A stretch of 63,655 nucleotides of DNA, filler included, from Bonamia ostreae (taxonomy: Eukaryota): NCBI GenBank assembly GCA_040357525.1. It is 4 parts of 4 records of this genome, joined end to end, with 100 filler letters (N's around TTAATTAATTAA, not from the genome) between each part and the next. Parts side by side here need not be neighbours in the genome. Positions count along the whole stretch, not along the records: positions 1 to 17,230 come from JBDODL010000005.1; positions 17,331 to 34,267 come from JBDODL010000006.1; 2 more parts are not named here. The stretch is one strand, 5' to 3'. Made by a program: the position numbers and the translations under genes. Below the pieces are notes generated by a model. That model worked only from the letters and a program-made list of their open reading frames with translations. It did not search any database and was not told the origin of the DNA. Below, one piece after another: positions 10,883-23,780 of the stretch. Numbering within the stretch: position 1 is the first letter of the stretch; each line of letters starts with the position of its first letter.

Positions 10883-11599
10883 TAATTAGTCAATTTATTG
10901 GTTGTTGTTAAGCGAATTTTAGCGAAAGATCTAAACTATGGAAGCATTCCAATATAAACAAACCATGAATAAAATTTTATTTATTTTTGTAGTTTTCAAT
11001 ACTTTAATTTTTAAAATGGCGGGTAAAGAAGTTTTAGGTAAAAGTGGAATCACGATAATGAAATAGAGACAAATAAACATTTTTTACTAGAATGTGAAGG
11101 ACATAAAAGTAAAATGAGATAGCATCAAAGTCTTACTCAACGAAGTTAGACCACCACCTGAGAAGAAAAAATTGTATTAATTATTAAACAAAATTTGAAA
11201 AGAAATAATGTCTAAACACAAATAGAATAACAATTCATCACTAAATTGGAATTAAAATTCATTCTCCCGGAAGGGTTAAGGACACTGATATGTCCGTCTT
11301 TTTTATTTATCTCTGAATACCAATCTTTGTATTGATGGACGAGGTCGAGGTAGTTTTAGCGGGGTAGGATCTCGCACTGTTGGGTCCAGTGAACCCTACA
11401 CCAACCGATTTCTACCTAGATGTCCAAATAAAAAATACAAAAAATAAAAAATTCACTTCAAAAAGTGTGGCGTCAAACAAGATTCCTGTACAGGGTCCGT
11501 ATTGAAAATGACGATAAATGCATTTACACAATGTACATAGCCGAAGTTCAAGGTTTCGAAGGATCTTCCAAATGTAACTTTTAATATAATTAAAAACTA

Positions 11600-12480
11600 T
11601 TTTTTGTAGATGAAACACTTTGCAGGTGCGCTGCTAGAAAATTAATTAAAAATTAAGCGAATTGTACCATATGCTCTCGAAAATTGGGTCTCAACATAAA
11701 ACTAGCGAGTACCGACGACTACATCTGGTACTGTTCAAATTGCAAAAAAAAGGACGGCTACATCTGGTTTACGAAAAGCAAGTTGAGCATCTTACAGATA
11801 ATTTTAATGCATGAAAGCGATGTTTCATCGTCTAGAGTTATAACAAACTGGTTTAACTACATGCGTGAGTTGTGCCAAGCTTATAACAGAGAAAAACCAA
11901 TAATTTTGGGGGGAACAGATGAAAATTTTCGAATTATTGGGGTGGAAATCGATGAAAGCGTTTTCAAAGAAAGTACAATCAGGTCAGTTAAGGGAGAACA
12001 CCTAGGTATTTGGGCGAAAGAAAGAGTGTCAAGAAAATTTTTAGTATTTCCTGTGACTGATCGAAAAAAAGAAACACTAGAAGAGAAAATTAGTCGGTAC
12101 ATTCGACCCGGCACTCACATCATGGGCGATGGTTGGGCCGCATACAACAGCATGTCCCAAATTGACCATGGATCTTACGAGCATTCGATTTTGTACTTAG
12201 TTTTGTACCGAAAGAACGGTCCCAATATCCATTACCCAAAATATTGAAAATCTTTGGAGTAGAATAAAAAAAGTTTTGTAGTAGAATAAATAAAAAAAAT
12301 TTAATAAAATATTGCAATATCCATTAATCTTTAGGAGATCTTTGGAGAGTCAAAATGGGACTTCAAAGTCATTATTCCCATCTTTTTGGGCGAATTCATG
12401 TGGAAATCAAGATATGAACACAAATTTATTTTTGGAAGAACTATCCTGTTGATCCAAAAATTTTATCCGATAGATTAACT
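11600..12480 (+). mobile_element. Degraded Merlin (IS1595/ISXO2-like) DDE transposase
   Basis: VEIDES, IRPGTHIMGDGWAAY and frameshifted H-TQNIENLWSRIKK; N-terminal CxxC; frameshifts. Confidence 0.85.
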
Positions 12481-12639
12481 TTTAAAATTACGTGAAAGTG
12501 TCTTGAATATAATAAGCTCAATTTATTTAGCCAATATAAATGGTTACTCAGAGATCGATTTTGTAAATACGCACCTATAGTTCGTTTTCACTGGTCGATT
12601 GTATTTTCATGTGTCAATTGTAGTTCCAATAAGAAATCA

Positions 12640-12850
12640 CAATATTTTGTACTGGTTTGAACAGTAAATCTGCAAATATTTACTGGAAATTCTAAAATTT
12701 ACTGATATTCAATATTTAATATTTGCTGATATACAAAAACCAGCAAATACTATAACAATAAGAAATCACATATATTCAATATTTTGTACAAAAATTTACT
12801 GAAAATACTAAAATTGGCTGGTTTGAACTCAAATCAGCAATAATAATTTA
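12640..12850. repeat. Degenerate AT-rich direct-repeat tract
   Basis: Recurring AATAAGAAATCACA, CTGGTTTGAAC and AATATTTTGTAC segments. Confidence 0.45.
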
Positions 12851-12906
12851 TAATTATTGTTTGAATTTCATAAAGTAAACAAACCAATACAATATTTAAT
12901 AATAAC

Positions 12907-13900
12907 ATGAACAGTAATGAATTAAATGAAAATGACCTTGAGACATCATTTAGTAATCTCAGTCGCGAAAACTCCGTTGAACCTTCGTACCCCCCTCAAA
13001 CCCCCTCTCCTTCTGCAACTGGGTATTCCATTTATGAACGCACCATTTCTTCTGGTGGTTGCGAAATCACCGTTGAAGAATCTGAACCTCCAGAAACTAT
13101 CTGTTCCACAAAAGAACATATAATAACTGTGTCAAAAAACAGCACCGAATATATTTATGAGTTAACGTATTTAGCAACAGATCATTTTGTTAATAGATAT
13201 ATATCTTTATTAACTCGATGTCCGTTAATGGCTCCATCGGAAATGTCTACTTTTCCTTCTAGGGGCGGAAGATTAATGAAAAAGATTTCGTTGGATCTTT
13301 CAAATGGCACATTAGTAAACAAGGATTTCACTACCGAAGATATTAAAAAGAACATTGTGAAACAACTTAGATTTTTAATCAAAGTTATAGTACAATTAGA
13401 CCTTCTTCTTGTGAAACCGATTGAAGAATTATGCTATGACAATAACGGAAATTTGATGGTAGGAAAAATCGAACTTTCTGACAACACTGATGAGAACGTA
13501 GCATTGCATTTACTATGTGTAGATAAAACTTATGAAAAATCAGTTGAACTCTGGGAAAAAGAAGGTCGAACGGATTTGAAAAATGCATGGGAATCTGGTC
13601 TTAAAGACGAAAGAATGGCATTTTTGAGATCGTTGTCAGACAAGACTTTTAAACTTTTCGTAATTGATATACACGATTTCAATAGTGCAGAAATCAGCTT
13701 TATCGGGAAAACAGAATTACGTGTCAGTTTTGTATTTTATTCATAAGAGATTGTTTTGAGTAAAGTCGAATATATTATAATTGTCAAGGAAGAAATTTCT
13801 GATAAAGGAGTAACATACACTGCAAACTTTTTGAATTACTTCGTGGTGTTGTATTGACTATTTTTTGTCTATTTAAATCTTATTTAATCTTATTTTTACT
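12907..13900 (+). CDS. Hypothetical protein with one degenerate kinase-like domain; 3' end uncertain
   Basis: 279-aa ORF plus a probable tiny intron near 13722; similar to the repeats of the downstream gene. Confidence 0.55.
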
Positions 13901-14262
13901 CTATTTTTGTATCTACGTTTTCTCTAAGGACAATCCAGTTCATAAATTAACTTTTCAAAATATGTTTAAGATGCGTTTCTTATTTTTATTAAAATGGAAT
14001 TGCGACTCCAATCTGACCGTCCATCGTGTAGCGCAGACATTGAAGTTTGCAGATTTAGTGTAACCTGAGTCAAATGAGGAGTCTGGATAGATATACTTCT
14101 CTTTTTTAAATAGAGATTGGAACCTTGTTCTTAAATTGTTAAACGCCCGCACTTCACTTGACATATATTGTTAATTGCTTATATTGTCTTTCCAAGCCAG
14201 ATGAAAAAAAAAATTAACCAATAAAGTTTATTCTTTTCACGTGTACTAAAACAAATATTAAA

Positions 14263-17230
14263 ATGGACGATTATGAAGAAATGGAAACTTTAAGCGTATA
14301 TTCTGCCAAGAACTGTAGCTTAATTATAAAATTAAATAAGTTTGGTGACATTGTTTATTCTTTTTGGAATTCAAAGGCAAACAGGCACTTGACAAAATAT
14401 ATAGAAATGTTGCAAGAATGTCCAATGATGTCTTTCTACACTGATACTTCTATTAAAAATAAAGAAACAACCGTCACTTTCTGTAGTAATACTTATAACC
14501 CAATTACAAATGTTACCGAGCCAATTTACAAAAAAGCAGCAAAAACATTTTTGTTCTTCTTGGGGATTCTTCCCAGTTACAATCTTTGGTTAGCTCAAAG
14601 TATTAAACTAAATGAAATTTGCTGTGATTCAGATAAAAATATCTTTTTTGAGAAAGTTGTTCTTTGCGAATATGATAAAGACGATTTGATTAGAGGGTCC
14701 ATCGTAGAGACTTTTCAAAATTGGGCGAAGACATGGGAAAAATCAAAAGAATACAAAGATTTTTTAATAAAAGTAAAACTCGTTAAAGATGGTGATTATC
14801 AAGAATTAATAAAATCTGAATTTCTGAAAGATAGAAACAGTGATCCATTGAATAATTGGTTAATTTTCACAAGACCATCGAATGAACTAGTAGTCTTCAA
14901 GGGCAGTGAATTTAGAAGATTCCCGATCAATATGTGGCTAAACGGGGAAGCTATAGCGGGTTTAAAAACTTAGCAATTAGATTTTGAGTTTGAAGAGGGG
15001 GAAGAACGTGTAGTCGTTAGGAAAAAAGGAATGCATTCTGGCCCTAGTCTTGTATATAAGGAGAAACAAGAAGACGTAAACCACGAATACTATGTCTTAA
15101 AAACAAAGCAAGAAGAAATCCAAACATGGTTGTGGGAAAAAGAAATGCAAATGATGGGTTTTGTATAAAATTAATAGGAAATCAAATTGCTACTACTGAA
15201 ACCGCTCCGACTGCTAATGAGGAAACTTGGGCAAAGACAACATTTGGATATCGGGAATACTACAAAATTGATCAGAACCAAGGATGCCGAACCTTTGTAT
15301 TTACGGAATCCAATAAAAGTGAAATTTTGCACGAAAGTCTGAAGTACTTTATAAATTTTTGTCCTTTCACTCCTGCAGCTCATGGGATGTTTCCGAAAAT
15401 AGAGTTCAGGAGTGAAAGTGAAATAATCGACGAAAGGCCATTGATCAGTCCCAACTCTGAATGGGAGAAAAAAAGAAAAAGTTTTGGTTTTAAACTTAAG
15501 TTCAATTTGGCAGAGTAGTTATCACTTTTGTGTTGCTTCTAATCAAACATAATCTCGCGATTACCGCCCCGTTAAATGATTATCTGGTTGTGAATAGACA
15601 CAGACAACTTCAGATAAACGGATTCTACTGCATTCCTCATGTGTCCTCAAATAATTTGGCCGAAAACCTTGCAATTTACAAAGCTATTTGCCTTTTTGAC
15701 AAAGACGATAATGACCCTCATCTCAAAAACTTGATGAATATATTATCAGCAAACTGTAAACTCGATCTTCCAGTGACCACGGCGCTTCTTCAACATCCTT
15801 ATTTTTCGCAAGAAGGCTATAACAAATTTCCCACGTTAGTTTCTGGAGTCAAAGAGAACAATCTTCGTGTTTGCCTGCAGGGCGCAAAAGTATTTGATCT
15901 AGGAAATGTATCACATGCGACATATAAAGGTTATTTTTTAAAAGTTTAGAGTTCTTTGACAAGTGGATTTGTCTCTTTGACGAAGATCGACAGTTTGTCG
16001 GACGCAAAAATTTGATTGAGGTCAGCAAAGAAGAAATAGGCGGATTTGTAGTCAAAACTGTTTTTATACAAATAGTGAAGTTCGAAGATACATCGGACAG
16101 TAGCGAAAAATCCGTTGTAATTCCAGAAGAATTAAAAGTTTTTGATTTTTAAAATTTTTTAACGATGAAAACTAGTGCCCCGTATTGGAAGTGTTGAGTA
16201 GATCAGTGACAACGGTTTTTGATCCAAACTTTTAGATTCGAACTGATTCCATGCTCTACAGATTGGGTTTGGATAAAAATCGTAGACTGAAAAGATTGGG
16301 AATGTCCAGTAAAGTGGAGAATGAATTAATGCAATACCACAACAGTTACCCTTTCCTTTCCACCATTAGCGATGTCAGATATGAAGGTGGAGTATGTGTG
16401 GGGGATTTGCTCTACGAAGTGGGGGAAGGAGATCTAAGAGAGAAAATCAAAAAGTTGGATAAAAGACAAATAAGTTTTAAAATTGACATCAAGTTCGAGT
16501 TATGAGATCTCTCGTCACTTCTGTAATCGTGCTGGGAAGCAAAAAAGTGGGTCTGGCTCTCTGTAGAGCTATAAGACCAACTGACATGTACATAGACGAA
16601 GACAACAACTTGGTGATCGCAATCGTGGACGTCGTGTTTGATGACAAGTCGGAACTTGCTTACAAAACCCAAATAAATTCTTTGATTGAAACGTTGAATA
16701 ATGTTCATGCTGCTGCGAACACCGAACTTGATCATTTCCAAGATTACTTGGAATATTTAAATAATCTAAATAGCCATTCGTGGAATTTAAATAACCACAG
16801 TCTGTTTACTCAATTTGGCGAGAATCAATTCTTCGAAATGTTTTCGACCGTCAAAGAAGAAACTATTTATTCCATACTTTTGCGAAATGAGGTGCGCTCT
16901 CCGTCTGTGATTTTGATGAAATTGACAGATAACTTTACAAACAAATTTGGTTTATTTTTTAAATTGCAGAAGTCAAAATAGGCGAAGATAAGCATCTTTG
17001 TGTCGTTATTTTACGACAAACGAGTAACCATCAACCTAATCCCCGTAAATATGATGTTTTGGGGAAAGAACAGTGCGGAAAATATCTGGTATATTATTGT
17101 TCAAAAAAATGCACTGAAAACATTGTTGAAAGAAAAGACGATTTGAGAAAACTGGCTTTCGTAGAAACGCCTCAAGACTTCGTCGACAGGGTTGAAGGAT
17201 TTATGGGAAAGCTTCCAATGGCGAAAACTA
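14263..17230 (+). CDS. Large multi-exon protein with about 3 degenerate kinase-like repeats, truncated by contig end
   Basis: Consecutive ORFs joinable by about 20-nt introns; CRAIRPTDMYIDEDNNLVIAIVD and TTALLQHPYF resemble kinase subdomains VIb-VII and XI. Confidence 0.55.
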
Positions 17231-17330
17231 NNNNNNNNNNNNNNNNNNNNNNNNNNNNNNNNNNNNNNNNNNNNTTAATTAATTAANNNNNNNNNNNNNN
17301 NNNNNNNNNNNNNNNNNNNNNNNNNNNNNN
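17231..17330. other. Artificial contig linker
   Basis: N-run, TTAATTAATTAA (six-frame stop), N-run; 100 nt in total. Confidence 0.97.
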
Positions 17331-17965
17331 TAATTTTTAAATCTTTTTAAATAAATATTTTCTAATGTTTTACTAGTTACTGACAATAGTGATATTGACA
17401 TGATATCAATTTCTTTTTGAAAAAATTGAGGGCCCCTCCGCGATTACCAGTTTTGCGAAATTTATTATAAGACATGCAATTTTTAATAAAAAATATTTTT
17501 TTGTTTAAAATTTTTTTAAAATACTTCTTATCAATTACTGAATATAATTGAGACGCATTTTTGGAGTGAGACTGTAATGTTTTTTGAGCATGTAAATGTT
17601 AATTTTCTTTATTATATTTAAATCTTCTTGCCTAAATCTTTTTAATTTAAATTTTTATTGTAGATTCGAAGTCTTTTGGGTTGCAATTATTGTATAACCA
17701 GTGTAGTCTTTATTTTTTTAATTTATTTATCAGTGGGAAATCACTTGACTGACCAGGAGTCACCTTGCTTCTTGCGAGTCGTTAACCCCGCTAAAAAGCA
17801 GCGAAAATTCCTACGAACTAATTAAAACTCACTAGAGAGATTATTACTCATCATATCTTCAACGTGCGTTTTAAGTAACCTATTGATTCTTCTCTTTTCG
17901 ATTTAACCGTTTGGTTATATATTCTTCTAAAACACTCTTTGTCTTTTCTTCATAATTCGAAGCTT

Positions 17966-18099
17966 CCATTTTGACAAAACTGCTCAGATTTTTAATTTAA
18001 TTGATGCAGATTTTTAGCTTCAATATCCATTTTGACAAAACTGTTCAGATTTTTAATTTAATTGATGCAGATTTTTAGCTTCAATATCCATTTTGACAA
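17966..18099. repeat. 61-bp tandem repeat, at least 2.2 copies, running into a gap
   Basis: Unit CCATTTTGACAAAACTG... starts at 17966, 18027 and 18088. Confidence 0.9.
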
Positions 18100-18495
18100 N
18101 NNNNNNNNNNNNNNNNNNNNNNNNNNNNNNNNNNNNNNNNNNNNNNNNNNNNNNNNNNNNNNNNNNNNNNNNNNNNNNNNNNNNNNNNNNNNNNNNNNNA
18201 ACTTAAAAGGAAGCTTCAATTTTTAAATTAATTTGTAAATTTAACAGTATTCTAGTTGAAAATGATTTAATAATCATCTCTGTCTCTTCGATTAACTCTA
18301 AAGCAGGAAGAACGCTGCGCGTATTTTTTAAATATTATAATTTATATTCATCTTTAAATCCTCATCTTTTTCTTCTTTTATATTAATCACGTTTTGTTCA
18401 TTTTAATATTTATTTTTCTTTGTATCTTTTACTATTTATCATTACCCACTAACTGAAAAATATAACTTTAAAAAAATCATATATAAATTTTTAAT

Positions 18496-18813
18496 ATGGA
18501 TGAAAATCATTTGAAATTCGATGAAATAAGCAAAATATTTTCACTCTTTTTTAACATAAAAGACCAAATGATCTACAATAAAAAGAAAACTTCTAAAGCT
18601 GATTCAATTCCAACTCATCTTCGAAGGAATTTGCCTGATTCCGAGCTACAAATTAGTCTAAATCATTTTGAACACATTGATTTATTACAAACAGAGTCGT
18701 GTTTTGGTCACCCCGGAAATTTTCAGTACGAAATGCGCTGTTCTATCAAAGAATTAGAAAAAAGAGCACTTAAATTAGCTGTAAAATGGACAACGACGCA
18801 TCCAAAAAATTGA
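18496..18813 (+). CDS. Small hypothetical protein, weak resemblance to the ORC5 C-terminal region
   Basis: ATG-initiated 105-aa ORF in very AT-rich DNA. Confidence 0.4.
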   Translation: MDENHLKFDEISKIFSLFFNIKDQMIYNKKKTSKADSIPTHLRRNLPDSELQISLNHFEHIDLLQTESCFGHPGNFQYEMRCSIKELEKRALKLAVKWTTTHPKN

Positions 18814-18883
18814 TAATAAAATATTTGTAAGTCATTTATTCTTCAATCTATTATAAATACTTCTATGTCTTCTTTGTCTTGAA

Positions 18884-21800
18884 CTATAATTCAGAAAAAA
18901 AACTTTGTCCAGTCGGAACATCCTCAATGACGACTCTTTCTTTAAAGCAAAGCAATTTTTTCTGCCAGCAAAAAACCACACTTCCCGCTATGATCGCAAG
19001 AAGTCCTACAATTCCTCCCACTATTCCCAAAATCATGGGCAACTTGTTGGTTTCCTTTTCAACACAGACGGGAATTTGTGTAAAAGTGTAATTCCCCTCA
19101 ACGTTCGTACAATTTAGTCGCCCATTCAATCCTTTTTGGTATTCAAAATCCGAATTGCACCAAAAAGTGCAAAATTCCCCGTCTGTTACTTTCGTGCAAT
19201 TGCCATTTAAATGTCCATTTTGCAGTTTGGGCAATTCGCACACTAACAAAATAACCTCAAATCGTCTCTTATTCGCAATGCTTGAATTTTCGCAAAAAAT
19301 TTCGGCCCGCTTTTCTAATTTGTCGCTTTCTTCGTCTTTAAAACGGTAATTTTCCAACGCTACAAAATAGCAATAACCCCCAAAATTATTTCCGTTCAGT
19401 GTGCAATTGTGTTGTGACATAAATTTGCTAAAGTCAACAGTGCTATTTTCATATTGGATTTTCGGCAAAGGGCATTCTTTTTGATTAGTAAAAAAACTTA
19501 TTTCGACAACTATGAAGTTGGCGATGCTTGGCTTTTGCTTTTCGTTACAGTAGAAATCAATTCTGCTTTGAATTCCATTAGATAATGTGCTTAGACGGTA
19601 TCCAGGCAAAGGGAAGAAAGTGCAATTTATTAAAAATGAGGATTTTTTCTCTGCCAAGCAATTTTTTCTGTATGAATAGCGCGTTGAGTTAAGATTTGTT
19701 CTCAACGATGTTGGAAACTTGCACTCTTTTAGTGAATATTTTTAACGAAACCGTTAGTTACGCAATGAAGTGCTATGTCAGGCTTGTTTAAAATACAAGT
19801 GACATTATTTAATTGTCTTTTTGTTGTCAATTGTGAATATCCCTGACCGCAGTCAAGTTTACATTTTTCATAGAACTTTTTGTTTCTTATATCACATATA
19901 AGTTTGCCGCTTGAGCTTGTTATTTCTGCATCACAAACTTCAAATTAAAATTTTAAATAAAAAATCAGTTACAATTCGACCGAAGTATAAAATAAACTTG
20001 CTCTTGAAATATACGCATTGTTTGCAGTAGTATTTGTAGCAATGCAGGTTAGAATCTGTTCGCTGCTAAAATTTTTAAACTGAAATCCATCGTTGATCGT
20101 TAGCACACACTTTTTTCTGAAATATATTTCTTTGCTTAATTTTTCAAAAGAGCAGTGTTCCGAATCTATTGAAAACAACTTTTGTCTGGCAAAATTTGCT
20201 CCGATGTAAAAAATTTTGGACACACAAACTTAAATTTGGAAAACAAACTTAGATGTTCAATCTTGAAATTGATAATATTAGCCGAACCATCTTTTACACA
20301 AAAAATTTCTAACTTTTTCGACGTTTTTAGACTACTTAAATCTATAATTTGGTACCATTCCTTTGCTTTAATTTTGCATTTGCCATGTAATATTCCATTT
20401 TTAACAACACATTCACTTTTAGTGATTTTTGACAAATCTTGTTTAATGACAGGAAATCTACATTCTTATTTGTTAAAAAAATTTACTGAAAGGAGAAACA
20501 GTCAAATTTGGAGGGTGTGTTAGTAATTCAGTTTTGCAAAATATGTTCGCAGTTTTTGTCGCATTGATACCAGTAGAAATAAAATAAAATCCATTGTTTG
20601 CCTTAATAGTGCAATTAATTTTAATTGAAAGAGCATCCTTATTGTATTCACACGAGGATACATTGAAGATATCTCGTCTTATTTTCATTTGACAGTCTTT
20701 AAATTATCTAAGAAAACGTAATGGCTTTATTGTATGATCTTTTTCGTTTGGCATTTTGTTGTTTTTACAGAAAAAATAAAGTTCGTTTATGTTACTTTTC
20801 TGAAGATAAAAAGAATATCCGATTTTAGTACGAATAATGCAATTTCCTTCCATTTTAAATGAGCCTATTTTTGTTCCTCTGCAATTTACGGTATAATAAT
20901 TGTTGCTTAAAAAGCTGATTGTATCAAGAGGAAAATTACATTTCTGTGGTTTACAAAATGGTAAAGGATGAGGACCATTTTTAGTACAATAAACATTCAG
21001 TTTTGAATTATTGTTAAAATAAAATCCGTCTTCGCAGTAAACAAATTTGTTTTTGATAATTTTCATCGGAAACATGGACATAGTGTTTGAAGATTGGTTT
21101 CTATTAAGAGTGCAATCTTTATAATTGAATAAAAAACTTCTTTTTCGGATAATAATCATATTGACAAAAGGTTTATCTTGCTCAAGACATGATAAAATAG
21201 TTGAATTTATTAATCTTCCATTCATTTCTATAACATAGCCATTTTTTGAATGCACAGAGCATTCAAGCTTAATGTTTATTTCTTTTCCACTAAATCTACA
21301 TATAGAATTATCTAAGTGTAAAAAATTTTGTAAAGAATTGAAATTAGTTCTCGTTGAGCACTCACTTGGTACAAAAGAAACTTGTCCTAAATTCCAGTCA
21401 TTGTCTGTTTTACAATAAAAATTCAATCTTTTATAGTAAAGGGAATTGTATAGATAAGTATAAAAAATAGGGGCTGTGATAGTGCAAACTCCTGTTGCTG
21501 CTAAATTTGTTAAACAGTGTGTATCCAAAGATTTGTTATAAAAAGGAGGATCATGATCATTTGTGAGAATATTAAGCTTGCATTCTTAAAATTAAATATT
21601 TAAGTATCAAACTGTTGGGCTGGCAGTTCAACGAGGGATAATTTTGATCATTTTCAGAGCAGAAAATCACAACTGATTTTTTGTTTTCGTGGCTGAAGCC
21701 GTTTAAGCAAGAAACATTTAGAGAAGAATCTATTTGTTTTTTTTCTTTTTCTTTTTCGAATTCGCTGTGTTTTGTGTTTTGAAGTGTGCAGTCTTTGGTT

Positions 21801-23780
21801 AAATTAACAATGGAAACTTCTTTTGATTACTTCTATCGTGGTCAAATTGGCTGTGTTGTTATCTTTGCAAATCAGCGTCTTTATATAATCTCTGTCTTTT
21901 ATTTTGAATCCATTTTTAGTTTTTATTTTGAATCCATTTTTAGTTTTTATTTTGCATTCGTCTTTAAAATCGATACGTCGGTCTGTTATTTTACAGTTCG
22001 TGCTGTTGCCAACTTCTTTGACCAGAATACTCGACGAGCCAAAGTTATTTTCGATTGTTGTGCTACATTCTTAATATTAATGACATAAACCTTTTTTAAT
22101 GATTTCTATAGCGGCGGTGACGTTGACATTATTTAATACCTTGCAATAGAGCGCAAGTTCTCTTTTAATATCTTGGCCTACTTTGAACAAAAAGTTTTTG
22201 GTTGTTTCAAAAAGACATTCTCCACCGAATTCCGTTTGATTATCGTGGATGCATCTTCCATTTTTTCTGGCAGTTAATTTGTGAGTAGGATGATTGAAAG
22301 AACAGACTTTTATTTTGAAAATCAAAACTATTGGGCTGGCAGTTCAACGAGGGATAATTTTGATCATTTTCAGAGCAGAAAATCANNNNNNNNNNNNNNN
22401 NNNNNNNNNNNNNNNNNNNNNNNNNNNNNNNNNNNNNNNNNNNNNNNNNNNNNNNNNNNNNNNNNNNNNNNNNNNNNNNNNNNNNACCAGAATACTCGAC
22501 GAGCCAAAGTTATTTTCGATTGTTGTGCTACATTCTTAATTTTAATGATATAAACCTTTTTTAATGATTCTTGTTGATTTGTTTAGTTTATTATTTCTTT
22601 TGCAATAAAAATTTGCTTTAGATCTTTTCAGATTTCCCTGCTCTATAATATAACCTTTAATTGCTTCAATATGACAGGCACCTTCAAATTCATGTTTTTC
22701 TCTATCGAGTTTTGTGCAATTTATTGAATTCAAATTTTTTATTTCAATCGGTAATTCGCATCCTGTATTTTAATTATAAAACTTGTTGTCACGCATTCAT
22801 ATTTTGTTCCATTTTTTTTACAACTTGCATTTATCTTGGTTTTTCTTTGTTTATTTGTTTTGATATACATAAATTTTTTTGAGCAATTTAACTCAGCATC
22901 CAAAGTAAATTTTTTTGATGATTTGCCATCGTTAAAAATGCACTCTTATCTTTTGTTTTTAAAAACCATTCTCAGAAATAACTATTTTTTTATAATTTCG
23001 TTTTGGGCAGTGTAAATTCATATATTTTTTTCCATTTAAATTAACTCGTTTATCTGCTATCGCAATTTTACAGTTTCTTTCAAAATATATTTTCTCCTTA
23101 TTAATTTCACAGTAGTTTGATCTATCTACAGAGGTACTTATGTGTACCTTGTATTTTTTTGTATTTTCTATTTCTATATAACACGTTTTAATCATTTCTA
23201 TTTCATACTGATTTCCTTTTCTTTGAGTTATCAATACGTTTTTTGATTTTTCTTCATATTCACTTATAATAATAGTTGAATTTTTCTCCTTTAATTCAAT
23301 TTGTTTATCTGGTTTGCAGATTAAATTTAACATCTTTTTATCAATAAATTCATCTTTGCTATTTAAAATTCCTCTGATCCGAAAAATATAGTTATTTACT
23401 TTTAGTGTGCAATTTTTTTCGAAATTTGCACATTTGGATTTATTGAATAATGAAGGTTTTCCAAAATCAAATTTCATTTCACACGGTTTTTGTTCACAGT
23501 TTATTTTGGAATCACATTTTTTATTTCTTTTGTAATATAATTCTTTTTTGCAATAGAAAGAGCAATTTTGAGATTTTTCGTTAAATGTGACGTTGTATTT
23601 AGGTTGATCTATAAGAAAATCTTTGACATCGTCTGTACAAGCTGTTGTTATAGAACGATAAAAAGTCTCGTTGTTTTTGTAATATTTGTTAGTTTCGTTA
23701 TATGTGCAACTTGTATTTGTTGTTTTTGTTCTGATCATATGCACCAAAGTGATCATATTTATGAATGTTGAGTATATCAT
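18884..23780 (-). CDS. Large Cys/Asn-rich type I membrane protein with divergent sushi-like repeats, many tiny introns, spans a gap
   Basis: Hydrophobic N-terminus; recurring C..C.I....G(F/Y)....L.C modules; clear CCP unit CELPKLQNG...CTFWCNSDF...C..G......P.C; TM ILGIVGGIVGLLAIIAGSVVFCW. Confidence 0.75.

Noticed and set aside
17231-17330. TTAATTAATTAA inside N-runs (also 34268-34367 and 51012-51111)
   Set aside because: Artificial concatenation linker; genes on either side are not neighbours.
17966-18099. CRISPR-like array
   Set aside because: Head-to-tail repeats with no unique spacers, eukaryotic context, no cas genes.
21605-22570. Near-identical duplications flanking the 22386-22485 gap
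   Set aside because: A real repeat-module duplication cannot be separated from an assembly artefact at the gap.
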